Positions 25,999-35,953 are shown, counted from the stretch's first letter. The stretch is 64,000 bases of DNA from Clostridia bacterium (GCA_017550035.1 JAFYLS010000079.1:1925-65924), one strand, 5' to 3'. The notes: generated by a model not told the origin, from the sequence alone. Numbers and translations are program-made.

Positions 25999-28110
25999 AT
26001 GAAGTATAATCAGGTTTGGCAGGCACGGGCCATCCGTCCGGACGGCTGCAGTGAGTGGTTCTCTGCGCAGGTGCCCGGCAATGTGCAGTATGATTACGGC
26101 GTGTACATGGGCTGGGGAAATATTCATTACAATGACAACAGCACCCTTTGGCGTGAAACGGAAGACTATACCTGGGAGTACCGAACGGTGCTGAATTACG
26201 CCTGCAAAGAGGGAGAAAAAGCGGTATTCGTCAGCAAAGGCATTGACTACCGCTTTGATATTCTGGTGAATGGCAAAGTCTGCCTTTCCCACGAAGGCAT
26301 GTTCTCGCCTGTAGAAGCAGATCTTTCCGATGCACAGCCCGGCAGTGAACTGGTGGTGCGAATTTATCCCCATCCCAAGCGTGAAGACGCCGATGAAGGC
26401 TGTAATCAGGCAGACCACAGCGCCAAGGCTCCTGTCTGTTACGGTTGGGACTGGCATCCCCGCCTGCTGGTTTCCGGTCTGTGGCAGGAAGCGTATGTAG
26501 AAACCCGGGATGCAGGCTTTATTCGCCGCTGTGAACCCTTCTACACCCTGAATGCAGACCGCACCCATGCTTCTCTCCGTTTTGAAACGGAAGCGGATGC
26601 TGAGGTGGAGATCACCCTTTTTGATCCGGACGGAAAAGAAGTGGGGAAGGGCCATGCCTTTGAAATCGACCATCCCCGTCTTTGGTGGTGCAACGGTCAG
26701 GGCAAGCCTGAACTGTATACCTATACTGCGCGCACCGCTTCTCACGAAGTGAAGGGACATATCGGTTTCCGTACGGTGAAACTGGTCATGAACAAGGGTG
26801 GCTGGGATCCGCTTCCCGGTTTCCCCATGGGCCGCAATGTGGCGCCCATCCAGATTGAACTGAATGGCCGGAATGTGTTTGCCAAGGGCAGCAACTGGGT
26901 CAATCCCGACGTGTTCAACGGCCGTATTGATTACGAACGCTACGAAACGCTGGTCACACTGGCAAAAGACGCCCATATGAACATCTTCCGCTGCTGGGGC
27001 GGCTCCGGCACTCATAAGGAAATGTTCTATGAACTGTGCGACAGACTGGGCATCATGGTATGGGCGGAATTCCCGCTGGCCTGCAACTGCTACCCCGATG
27101 ACCCTCATTATCTGGAGGTTCTTGAACAGGAAGCGGATGCGATCATTCGCATGCTGCGGCCCCATCCTGCCGTTGTGATGTATTGCGGCGGCAACGAACT
27201 GTTCAATAACTGGTCAATGATGACGGATCAGAGCCAGGCGCTGCGCTTGCTGAACAAGAAGTGCTATGATCTGGATAAGGACCGTCCTTATCTGATGACT
27301 TCTCCTGTGCTGGGCATGGGTCACGGCGGCTACACGTTCTGGAACCCCAACACCAATCAGGACGTATTCACCATTTTCCAGAATGCACATTGCACGGCAT
27401 ACACCGAATTCGGCGTACCCAATATGACGGACCTGGAGAATCTGAAAAAGATCATTCCCGAAGATGAACTGTTCCCCATTGAAGCCAAGGGCAGCTGGAA
27501 ACTGCACCACGCCTTTGAAGCGTGGGGAGAACTGGCCTGGCTCTGTCCCGACGGCATGCAGCATTTTTCTCGCGGGAAGCTGGATACTATCGAAAAGATG
27601 ATCGCTCAGAGCAACTGGATGCAGTGCGAAGGCTATAAGGCGATTTTTGAAGAAGCACGCCGTCAGGCACCTTATTGCAGCATGGCCATCAACTGGTGCT
27701 ATTGCGAACCCTGGATTACGGCATCCGGCAACAGCTTGATTACCTATCCTGTGCAGCCCAAGCCTGCCTATTATGCGGTGCAGAATTCTTTGCGCCCTGT
27801 GCTGGCCAGCGCCCGGATTCCCCGCTTTGATTGGAAAAAAGGCGAAGTATTCCATGCGGAGCTTTGGCTGCTGAACGACTCGGTGGAATGCGCCAATCAT
27901 ACGATCAAAGTATCGATCCGTGCAAATGGAGAAGAGTATGAACTGCTTACCTGGGAAACGGGTGAGGTGGCTATGAATACCAACAAGATCGGCCCCACGA
28001 TCAACTGGAAACTGCCTGAATGGGATGCGGACCGATTTACGCTGGTACTGTCCTGCGGTGATGCCAGCAGCGAATATACGCTGTGTTTCCGTCCTGATAA
28101 CGAATGGTAA
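25999..28110 (+). CDS. glycoside hydrolase family 2, beta-mannosidase-like
   Basis: NIFRCWGGSGTHKEMFYELCDRLGIMVWAEFPLAC closely resembles the beta-mannosidase block N.iRvWGGG.YE...FY.lCDelGilVWQDFmFAC. The N-terminal sugar-binding/Ig-like part is VLVNGKVCLSHEGMFSP. AAGGAAGGA RBS upstream of ATG 25999. Confidence 0.78.
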   Translation: MKYNQVWQARAIRPDGCSEWFSAQVPGNVQYDYGVYMGWGNIHYNDNSTLWRETEDYTWEYRTVLNYACKEGEKAVFVSKGIDYRFDILVNGKVCLSHEGMFSPVEADLSDAQPGSELVVRIYPHPKREDADEGCNQADHSAKAPVCYGWDWHPRLLVSGLWQEAYVETRDAGFIRRCEPFYTLNADRTHASLRFETEADAEVEITLFDPDGKEVGKGHAFEIDHPRLWWCNGQGKPELYTYTARTASHEVKGHIGFRTVKLVMNKGGWDPLPGFPMGRNVAPIQIELNGRNVFAKGSNWVNPDVFNGRIDYERYETLVTLAKDAHMNIFRCWGGSGTHKEMFYELCDRLGIMVWAEFPLACNCYPDDPHYLEVLEQEADAIIRMLRPHPAVVMYCGGNELFNNWSMMTDQSQALRLLNKKCYDLDKDRPYLMTSPVLGMGHGGYTFWNPNTNQDVFTIFQNAHCTAYTEFGVPNMTDLENLKKIIPEDELFPIEAKGSWKLHHAFEAWGELAWLCPDGMQHFSRGKLDTIEKMIAQSNWMQCEGYKAIFEEARRQAPYCSMAINWCYCEPWITASGNSLITYPVQPKPAYYAVQNSLRPVLASARIPRFDWKKGEVFHAELWLLNDSVECANHTIKVSIRANGEEYELLTWETGEVAMNTNKIGPTINWKLPEWDADRFTLVLSCGDASSEYTLCFRPDNEW

Positions 28111-28120
28111 AAAGCAAAAG

Positions 28121-28150
28121 ACCGACTTCTTGTACGGAGGCCGGTTTTTT
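28121..28150 (+). terminator. rho-independent terminator
   Basis: accgacttc-tgtac-ggaggccggt imperfect stem followed by T6. Confidence 0.55.
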
Positions 28151-28178
28151 ATATACCTGTGCGTTTGCCTTATGTATC

Positions 28179-28207
28179 TTGAACTTGCGCTGATGCCATG
28201 TTATAAT
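28179..28207 (+). promoter_or_regulatory. near-consensus promoter
   Basis: TTGAAC (28179-28184), 17 nt, TATAAT (28202-28207). Confidence 0.65.
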
Positions 28208-28266
28208 GCAATCAGCAATACAGAAACCGTAGCCTGCCTGTTTTTTGCAGGTCTTTGGAGGATTAT

Positions 28267-30132
28267 ATGGAACGGAAAACGCCCTATTATGCGGGGAACG
28301 ATTTTGCCAATCCGGATTATGCAGACGGCCAGCTGCCGCACATATTGGGGGCAAGCAATTATCAGGTCATGCGCAGCAACCGAACACATCCCGAATGGAG
28401 CGATGGGCTGGGAAATACGTACAACCATGCCCCTATGCTGACCTACTGGCGCGGAAAGTTTTATCTGGAATATCTCAGCAATCCCATTCATGAACATACT
28501 GACGGGGGTTGTTCTTTGCTTGCGGTATCTAAGGATGGCATCCAATGGGAAAAACCGCAGATTTCTTTTCCTGTGATCAAAGCGCCTGCCGGCGTGTACC
28601 GCTGCGCAGATGGGCAGGAAGTGGTGATTCCGGAAGACAGAGATGCTATGATGCATCAGCGCATGGCTTTTTTCCATTCCTCGGATGACCGGCTGCTGGT
28701 AACGGGTTTTTATGGGCATGTTCCGGATTGCTATACCTGTCCGTGGGTCAATTACGGCATGGGGCGTGCGGTGCGGGAAGTGTATGAAAACGGCACGCTG
28801 GGGCCCATCTATTTTTTGCGGATTTTGACGGATTCCGGATGGACGGAAGAGAAGCTTCCTTTCCCGCATTTTACGAAAAGCCCTGACGCAGGCTTTGTAA
28901 AAGCCTGTGAGGAATGTCTTCATGATCGTCTGGTGACGCAGCAATGGGCAGAGGAACACGGAGACCGGGATGAATATGTGCACATCAAACAGGGTGGCGT
29001 ATCTGCTGAAAATGGCGGTATTGCGGCTGGAACGGAAAAACAGAGCAGCTTTTGCTGGTATCATCTGGACGAACAGAATATCGTCGGATTATGGAAAAAC
29101 GGCGTTGCAGGCCGAAGTGAGGATGGGGGAGATACCTGGCAGATTCAAAGAGAACCATCCTTTGCTACCTCAGGTGCCAAATCCTGGGGTCAGAAAACCG
29201 AAGATGGAAGATTTGCCATTGCCTATGTAAACTCCATCGCCAGTGAGCATCGTTATCCCATGTGTGCGGTAACAAGCGATGACGGTATCTGTTTTAACGA
29301 TCTGGGCGTCATTTGCGGCGAGGTACCGCCAAGGCGTTACGAAGGGTTGTTCAAGGATTTCGGTCCTCAGTACCTGCGCGGAATTTGTGAAGGGCATCGG
29401 GAATATCCCACAGGGGCCATGTGGCTGTGCCACAGTATGAATAAAGAGGACATCTGGGTGACCCGTGTGCCGGTGCCTTTGCGGCTTGGCTGCGAAGAGC
29501 ATGCAGATGATACCTTTGCGGATGCGGGTTCTTGGATAAAGAACTGGAATGTCTATTCATCCCGATGGGCGTCGGTGGAAAAGGCTGAAGCGGTGGATGC
29601 AATTCCCTGTATGCGCATCAGTGACCATGATCCGGTGGATTATGCCCGGGCAGAACGCATGTTTAAACCGGAAAAACAACTTCGTGTCGAATGCAGCATA
29701 CTGCCGTGTAAGTGGTATGAAGAAAAATGCTATCTGGAATTGACGGATCATCAGGGACGCACGGCTGTGCGCTTGGCAATTGGCGAGGGGAATGTACTGT
29801 GGGCGCAGACAACCTCTGTGATGATCCCTGCAAAAACGCTGAGCAAGCATCTGGACTGGCTGAATATCGCCATTGAAGCGGATTGTGAAACCTGCCGTTA
29901 TCGGATTACGGTGAACGGTCAGGAAACAGACTGCGGACAATTGACGTTCAGGCAGAAGGTCAATCAGATATCCAGCTTCGTTCTGCGGACAAAGCCTTAC
30001 AGGAGAGCGCCAGGCGTGGATAAGCGGCCGGATACGCCGGATATGCCGGATGTGGATGAACCCTGCCAAACGGAACGTGTGTATATGATTCGAAACGTAA
30101 AAACGACGCCCGGGAGCAGGATTGCCTTGTGA
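28267..30132 (+). CDS. BNR/Asp-box repeat beta-propeller protein (sialidase-fold glycosidase-like), cytoplasmic
   Basis: Asp-boxes SEDGGDTW (exact SxDxGxTW), SKDGIQW and TSDDGICF. No signal peptide. GGAGG lies 5 nt upstream of ATG 28267. Confidence 0.6.
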   Translation: MERKTPYYAGNDFANPDYADGQLPHILGASNYQVMRSNRTHPEWSDGLGNTYNHAPMLTYWRGKFYLEYLSNPIHEHTDGGCSLLAVSKDGIQWEKPQISFPVIKAPAGVYRCADGQEVVIPEDRDAMMHQRMAFFHSSDDRLLVTGFYGHVPDCYTCPWVNYGMGRAVREVYENGTLGPIYFLRILTDSGWTEEKLPFPHFTKSPDAGFVKACEECLHDRLVTQQWAEEHGDRDEYVHIKQGGVSAENGGIAAGTEKQSSFCWYHLDEQNIVGLWKNGVAGRSEDGGDTWQIQREPSFATSGAKSWGQKTEDGRFAIAYVNSIASEHRYPMCAVTSDDGICFNDLGVICGEVPPRRYEGLFKDFGPQYLRGICEGHREYPTGAMWLCHSMNKEDIWVTRVPVPLRLGCEEHADDTFADAGSWIKNWNVYSSRWASVEKAEAVDAIPCMRISDHDPVDYARAERMFKPEKQLRVECSILPCKWYEEKCYLELTDHQGRTAVRLAIGEGNVLWAQTTSVMIPAKTLSKHLDWLNIAIEADCETCRYRITVNGQETDCGQLTFRQKVNQISSFVLRTKPYRRAPGVDKRPDTPDMPDVDEPCQTERVYMIRNVKTTPGSRIAL

Positions 30133-30235
30133 AACGGAATATGGGCGTGTCGGAGGAAAATGGAATAAAATCCGGCATATGTTGAACATAGAAGAATACC
30201 ATGAACCATTTTTACAGATTGCGAGGAATGCTGGT

Positions 30236-30973
30236 ATGCAGGGAGAAAATTATATTTCCATTGTAACGGGATGTATTGAAAAAGCATGGAATACCCAGAA
30301 GGAAACCATGATGCTGTGTGCGGAAAAGATCGCAGAAGCGATTGCCAAAAAGCGCAATGTGTTTGTGTTTGGCTGTTCCCATGCGGGCATCCTGGCAGAA
30401 GAGGTGTTTTACCGCACCGGCGGGCTGGCAGTCATCAATCCCATTTTCTTTCCGGGATTCATGCTCAACACCCGTCCCATCACTTTGACCAGCCAGCTGG
30501 AACGCATAAAAGGGCTGGGCACCACGCTGCTGAAGGAAAATCATGTTTCTTCCGGGGACGTGCTCATCATCCATTCGGTATCGGGGCGAAACACCGTGCC
30601 GGTTGAAATGGCATTGGCAGCAGCCGATATGGGCGTTACGGTGATTGCTGTGACCAATATTGCGTATTCTTCTCACGTTACTTCCCGGCATGAATCCGGA
30701 AAACGGCTGTTTGAGGTATGCCATCATGTGATTGATAACTGCGGCGACGTGGGGGATGCGGCAGTAACTTTGAACGGACTGCCTGAAAAGATCGGTCCTA
30801 CGTCTACCGCTGTCGGAACAGCTCTGCTGAACGCCATGGTCATCGAAGCAGTAGAAAAATTGCTGGAACAGGGAATTGTTCCGCCGGTATTCATGAGCGC
30901 CAATCTGGACGGCGGTGACGAGCACAACAAGAAGATTTTTGAAGAGTATAGGAATAATATTTTCTATATGTAA
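30236..30973 (+). CDS. SIS (sugar isomerase/phosphosugar-binding) domain protein, UPF0309/SIS_2-like
   Basis: NVFVFGCSHAGILAEE and VLIIHSVSGRNTVPVEMA are SIS hallmarks. Paralogous to 31987-32643. The start was chosen by alignment with the paralog (ATG 30179 is also possible). Confidence 0.75.
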   Translation: MQGENYISIVTGCIEKAWNTQKETMMLCAEKIAEAIAKKRNVFVFGCSHAGILAEEVFYRTGGLAVINPIFFPGFMLNTRPITLTSQLERIKGLGTTLLKENHVSSGDVLIIHSVSGRNTVPVEMALAAADMGVTVIAVTNIAYSSHVTSRHESGKRLFEVCHHVIDNCGDVGDAAVTLNGLPEKIGPTSTAVGTALLNAMVIEAVEKLLEQGIVPPVFMSANLDGGDEHNKKIFEEYRNNIFYM

Positions 30974-31002
30974 CATACCAAAGTTGTAAAGGAGCCGTTT
31001 TG

Positions 31003-31968
31003 ATGCGTTATCATCTTGCGGTGGATTCGGGCGGCACCAAAGTGCAGGCTGTATTGTACGATGATGCATTTCATCCGGTTGATCAGTGCCGCGTGGGCAG
31101 CATGCGCCTGTCTGCCATGTCCAGGGAAGCAGCTGAAAGGCATGCGGAGGAACTGCTTGCAAAGCTGCGCATTCCTGAAAGAGAAATGGGCTGCATATGC
31201 GGTATTGTGGAACCTGTTCTGCTGGAAAAAATCCAGCCGTATCTTGCACCCGGTGCTGTTGTTTCTGTTACGGAAGCAGATATGGGATTTGGCGCATGCG
31301 GCGTAACGGGAGACGCCTGCCTGACTGTGGCAGGAACCGGCGCCACCGTTTTTGTGCGCAAAGGAGAGCAGTTGCTTCATGCGGGCGGATACGGTTCTGC
31401 TGTGGCGGACGAAGGCAGCGGATACTGGATCGGTCGTATGGCGCTGGGCGCAGCGATCCATGATTATGAGGGAAGAGGCCCCAAAACACTGCTGACCGAT
31501 CTGTTGGCTGCCCGGATGGGCGGAAACAGAGAAAGCTTCCGGGAACGCGTATTTTCTTACATGTACGGTGAACATAGCGGTGAAGCGCTTTCGCGTGTAG
31601 CGGGGTGTACGCCGCTTGTTTCGAGCGCTGCACTGCAGGGGGATGTTTGCGCACGCAATATCCTCATGGAGGCAGGGATGCTGCTGGCTCAGCAGGCCTG
31701 CGCTATGATCCGAAAATGTGAACTGTCGCCCTATATCCCGGTTGCGCTGTCTGGCAGCGTCTGGCGCAGTCATGAAATATTGAAGCAAACCTTTACCCGT
31801 GTTTTAAGGGAAAACGGCGCGCTGGGGCAGGTCGTTGCACCGCTGTTTGAACCGGTGATGGGCGCAGTGATCGATCATCTGAAACGAATACGCGGCGGAT
31901 TATCCCCGGAAGATATGCAGGAAATTCAGAAACAGTTTAAGGACTATCTGTACCATACCGATAGATGA
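31003..31968 (+). CDS. BadF/BadG/BcrA/BcrD-type ATPase, N-acetylglucosamine-kinase-like sugar kinase
   Basis: YHLAVDSGGTKVQAVL (phosphate-1), TVAGTGATVF, and GGYGSAVADEGSGYWIG (typical GlcNAc-kinase block). AAGGAG lies 8 nt upstream of ATG 31003. Confidence 0.8.
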   Translation: MRYHLAVDSGGTKVQAVLYDDAFHPVDQCRVGSMRLSAMSREAAERHAEELLAKLRIPEREMGCICGIVEPVLLEKIQPYLAPGAVVSVTEADMGFGACGVTGDACLTVAGTGATVFVRKGEQLLHAGGYGSAVADEGSGYWIGRMALGAAIHDYEGRGPKTLLTDLLAARMGGNRESFRERVFSYMYGEHSGEALSRVAGCTPLVSSAALQGDVCARNILMEAGMLLAQQACAMIRKCELSPYIPVALSGSVWRSHEILKQTFTRVLRENGALGQVVAPLFEPVMGAVIDHLKRIRGGLSPEDMQEIQKQFKDYLYHTDR

Positions 31969-31986
31969 AAGGAAGGAGAATATACG

Positions 31987-32643
31987 ATGGAACTGATGAA
32001 AAGATATCAGCAGGCTGTGGAGGAGTTGCTGGAAAAAGTGCGCAATACGCAGACGGAAAATATTGTGAAGGCCGGAAACTTGATTGCCAACAGCGTTGCA
32101 AACGGCGGAAAGATCATTCTGAGCGGCATTTGCCATTCCATTGAAAACGACTTGATTTACCGGGGCGGCGGCCCGATTTTCTACAAGCACTACGAGGAAA
32201 ACGTTCACCGCAATACGCTGAAAAAGGGCGATGTGCTGGTGGTCAGCTCGGTTTCCGGCAGAACCAAGCCGGTGGTTGATCTGGCGTGGGAAATGGTGGA
32301 AAAAGGTGTAAATGTGATCGCCTTTACCAGCATGGAATATGCGGTGCAGGTGGATGCTGTGCATGAGTCCGGAAAAAAGCTGTACGAGTTTGCCACGCTG
32401 ACGCTTGATAACTGTGCTCCGGCGGCAGAAGCTATGCTGGAAGTGGAGGGAATCGAGGCGAGGTTTGCTGCGGCATCCGGTATCGCGTCGGATTATATCA
32501 TGTGGAACGTGACCAGCGTTGCCGTAGAGAAACTGCTGGAAATGGGCATTACTCCCGGTATTCTCAAGAGTGCAAATTTCCCCGGAGGAAACGATTATAA
32601 TAAAACGGTTATTGAACCGAATTTCGAAAAGTACGGATATTGA
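31987..32643 (+). CDS. SIS domain protein (second paralog)
   Basis: GGKIILSGICHS and VLVVSSVSGRTKPVVDLA SIS motifs. Same C-terminal ...GGNDYNK... pattern as the first paralog. Confidence 0.75.
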   Translation: MELMKRYQQAVEELLEKVRNTQTENIVKAGNLIANSVANGGKIILSGICHSIENDLIYRGGGPIFYKHYEENVHRNTLKKGDVLVVSSVSGRTKPVVDLAWEMVEKGVNVIAFTSMEYAVQVDAVHESGKKLYEFATLTLDNCAPAAEAMLEVEGIEARFAAASGIASDYIMWNVTSVAVEKLLEMGITPGILKSANFPGGNDYNKTVIEPNFEKYGY

Positions 32644-32654
32644 TCTGCAAAAGA

Positions 32655-32681
32655 AAAGCGTCTTGAAAAGACGCTTTTTTC
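32655..32681 (+). terminator. rho-independent terminator
   Basis: agcgtct-tgaaa-agacgct followed by T6. Confidence 0.85.
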
Positions 32682-32708
32682 AGTGCGGCATTTATTTCTT
32701 TGTGCAAG

Positions 32709-32749
32709 AATATGCTTGTTATGCATAAATATGCTTATGTGTATGCAAA
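32709..32749 (+). repeat. abutting direct repeats AATATGCTTGTTATGCATAA / AATATGCTTATGTGTATGCAAA in the AT-rich region upstream of the 13-kb operon
   Basis: Read directly. Candidate operator. Confidence 0.5.
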
Positions 32750-33034
32750 GCATGCGCACTTAATTGATGAGAAAAAGGCTGAATAATCCGTGCGCGGCGA
32801 TGAAAAAACAAGAAAAATACAGAATAATTCCGTGTTTTTGTAAAAATTCATAAATATGAAATAAAATAGTGAACGGTAAGAGAAGGACTGCCGTTGACAC
32901 AAAAATGAAAATGGCGTATTCTATATTATAAGAAAAAATGTGGAAGTACGTTATTTTTAGAGCTGTCGAGAGTTATTTGCTCTTTATTTAGCGTATTCAG
33001 GTACCAATATTCAAATACAGAGGGGCGGGATATC

Positions 33035-35929
33035 ATGTTCCAAAAACTCCGTGGCACTCTGATTGGCCTTGCGTGTATTGTACTGGCCATTGTACTGATT
33101 GCAGTACTTGGCGACGGCGTGCAAACCTTCAAAGCCAAATACGAAGACTATGACCTGTCTACGGATGTGACCGGTTTGGGCCGCAGCAACACGTACGACG
33201 GTTATTTGCTTGCGCATAAGGATGTTCCTTCCGGGCAACAGGATGTGCAGGTGGATGTATCTGTATTTGAAGGAGACGGTGAAGCACGCCTTTCCGAAAA
33301 CGGTGAAAACTGCGTGTATACGCCCGACAGTTCCATGGTGACCTGGAAGGTCAATGTGGAAAAGGCCGGCATGTACAACGTTGTGCTGGACTATAAAACG
33401 GTGGAATCCCGTGGTGTGGATATGGAGCGTGCGCTCTACATCAACGGCGAGGTTCCTTTTGCCGGTGCGGCTGATCTGACCTTTAACCGCCTGTGGACGG
33501 ATGCAGGTCCCGTGCGTAAGGACAATCAGGGCAACGACGTGCGTCCCACTCAGACCGAAGTGTTTGACTGGCAGACCGCTTACTGCCAGGATTCCATGGG
33601 CTATGCCGCAAACCCCTATCAGTTTTATTTTGAGGCAGGGGAGAACACCCTGTCCCTGGAAGCTGTGAATGAACCCATGCTGATCCGCGGCATTACGTTA
33701 AAGCCCGTGGTTGGCGATATGACCTATGCAGAATATATGGCGCTGCAGCCTGAGGTCGAAATGACCGAGGAAGCCAAGCAGTGGCAGATGACCGTACAGG
33801 GTGAGGATGCTGTGGTGCGTTCTTCGCCGTCTTTGTATGCCCGTTATGACCGCTCTTCTCCCGATACGTATCCCAACAGTGTGACCAACACCGTGTTCAA
33901 TTACATCGGCGGCGATCCCTGGAATAAGGCCGGTCAGTGGATTGAATGGGAATTCGAAGTGCCGGAAGACGGTTATTATTCCGTGTCCGTAAAAGCCCGT
34001 CAGGCTTATCAGCGCGGCGCCGTATCCAGCCGCAGTTTGTATATTGACGGCGAAATTCCTTTTGAAGAAGTAAAGACCATTGCGTTTGATTATGATACGG
34101 CCTGGAATTTGCTGACTTTGAAGGACGAAAAGGGCGAACCTTACAAGTTCTATCTGGAAAAGGGTGCTCATACCATCCGCCTTCAGGCTACGCTGGGTGC
34201 GATGGGCGGTATTCTCAATCAGCTGGAAGACAGCATTTACCGCCTCAATCTGATCTACCGCCGCATTCTGGTATTGACGGGCGTGAACCCTGACCGTTTC
34301 CGCGACTACAATCTCGCCGGTCAGTTCCCCGAAGTACTGGAAGCTATGGACCTTGAAAGCAAGCGTCTTTACAAGCTGGTGGATGACACCGTTGCCATTA
34401 CCGGTCAGAAGAGCGACCGTGTAGCGGTAGCCCAGACGCTGGCTGTACAGCTTGAAAACTTTGTGGAATACAACGAACGTATTACGCAGCAGTTTGTAAA
34501 CTTCAAGGATAACATTACCAGTCTGGGTACGGCCATGCAGAACATGGCGGAAACCAAGCTGGATGTGGATGCCATCATCATCAGCGGTGAAAAGGCTGAA
34601 CTGCCGAAAGTCCGGGATGGCTTCCTCCGCAAGGCGGTGCACGAGATCAAATCCTGCGTGGCGTCCTACTTTGTGGACTACAACGCACTGGGAGATACCT
34701 ATGATGAAGATGAAGTCAAGGATGACCTGATCGAAGTATGGATCGTGACGGGCCGTGACCAGAGTACCGTGCTCAAGACCATGGTTGACGATACCTTTAC
34801 TCCTGCAACGGGCATTAAGGTAAACGTTAAGCTGGTTGTGGCTGATACGCTTTTGACCGCCGTTGTGGCCGGTAACGGCCCCGACGTGGTACTGTCTCTA
34901 GGTACCTGGTTCCCGGTCAACTATGCTATGCGTAACGCAGCGGAAGATCTGACTCAGTTTGAAGACTTCGAAGAAGTGATAAAACCCTTCTACGAAAGCG
35001 CTTTGACCGCCATGCGCTATGAAGGCGGTGTGTACGGCCTGCCCGAAACCCAGGAATTCTCCGTGCTGTTCTACCGCGAGGATATTCTGGAAGATCTGGG
35101 GCTGACTGCACCTTCTACCTGGGCTGATCTGATCGGCATGCTGCCTACCATTCAGGGTAACAACCTGTCCGTTGGTATTCCTTATCCGGATATCACCACG
35201 GTAGATATGTCCATCCTGAATTCCCTGATCTATCAGAACGGCGGCCGTATTTACGGTGAAGGCAACAAGAAGACCTTGATCGATAATGAAAACGGCGTAA
35301 CGGCCTTCAAACTGTATACCTCTTTGTATAATGACTACGGCCTTCCCACCGTGTTCGACTTTGTCAGCCGTTTCCGTTCCGGCGAAATGCCGCTGGGCCT
35401 GTTCCCCTACAGTACGTACAATACGCTGGTGGTATCTGCCCCCGAAATCCGCAACCTGTGGGATTTCGCCCTGTTCCCCGGCACTGTGCAATCGGATGGG
35501 ACCATCGACCGCAGCGTACATTCTCAGGGTCTGTGCTGCATGATGGTGGCAACGGATGACGAAAACGTCAAAAAGAATGCATGGGAATTCATGAAGTGGT
35601 GGACCAGCGCCGATTCTCAGGTGCGTTTCGGTCGAGAAATTGAAAGTATTCTGGGTTCTTCCGCCCGCTACGCTACCGCTAACTGCGATGCACTGGAACA
35701 GCTGGCCTGGAGCGCTCCGCAGCTGCGCGTGCTGAAAGAACAGCAGAGCTACACGGTAGGCTTCCCGGAAATCGCCGGCGGTTACTCGACCACTCGTCAT
35801 ATGACCAACGCCATTCGCCGCGTCATCAACACCAAGGAAGATGCCCGTGAAACGCTGATGACGTACGCACGAACCATTAATGATGAAATCCGGATCAAAC
35901 GTATGGAATTTGATCTGCCCATTGACTGA
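33035..35929 (+). CDS. membrane-anchored 964-aa fusion: N-terminal TM helix, two CBM-like beta-sandwich modules, C-terminal ABC solute-binding (family 1) domain
   Basis: The TM helix is LIGLACIVLAIVLIAVLG, with no lipobox. A duplicated module carries R.LYI(N/D)GE(V/I)PF and PY.FY.E.G...L. The C-terminal half (IEVWIVTGRDQSTVLKTMVDDTFTPATGIKVNVKLV...GNGPDVVL) is typical of SBP_bac_1. Confidence 0.75.
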   Translation: MFQKLRGTLIGLACIVLAIVLIAVLGDGVQTFKAKYEDYDLSTDVTGLGRSNTYDGYLLAHKDVPSGQQDVQVDVSVFEGDGEARLSENGENCVYTPDSSMVTWKVNVEKAGMYNVVLDYKTVESRGVDMERALYINGEVPFAGAADLTFNRLWTDAGPVRKDNQGNDVRPTQTEVFDWQTAYCQDSMGYAANPYQFYFEAGENTLSLEAVNEPMLIRGITLKPVVGDMTYAEYMALQPEVEMTEEAKQWQMTVQGEDAVVRSSPSLYARYDRSSPDTYPNSVTNTVFNYIGGDPWNKAGQWIEWEFEVPEDGYYSVSVKARQAYQRGAVSSRSLYIDGEIPFEEVKTIAFDYDTAWNLLTLKDEKGEPYKFYLEKGAHTIRLQATLGAMGGILNQLEDSIYRLNLIYRRILVLTGVNPDRFRDYNLAGQFPEVLEAMDLESKRLYKLVDDTVAITGQKSDRVAVAQTLAVQLENFVEYNERITQQFVNFKDNITSLGTAMQNMAETKLDVDAIIISGEKAELPKVRDGFLRKAVHEIKSCVASYFVDYNALGDTYDEDEVKDDLIEVWIVTGRDQSTVLKTMVDDTFTPATGIKVNVKLVVADTLLTAVVAGNGPDVVLSLGTWFPVNYAMRNAAEDLTQFEDFEEVIKPFYESALTAMRYEGGVYGLPETQEFSVLFYREDILEDLGLTAPSTWADLIGMLPTIQGNNLSVGIPYPDITTVDMSILNSLIYQNGGRIYGEGNKKTLIDNENGVTAFKLYTSLYNDYGLPTVFDFVSRFRSGEMPLGLFPYSTYNTLVVSAPEIRNLWDFALFPGTVQSDGTIDRSVHSQGLCCMMVATDDENVKKNAWEFMKWWTSADSQVRFGREIESILGSSARYATANCDALEQLAWSAPQLRVLKEQQSYTVGFPEIAGGYSTTRHMTNAIRRVINTKEDARETLMTYARTINDEIRIKRMEFDLPID

Positions 35930-35953
35930 GAAATGTGAAGGGAGTGAGACTGC

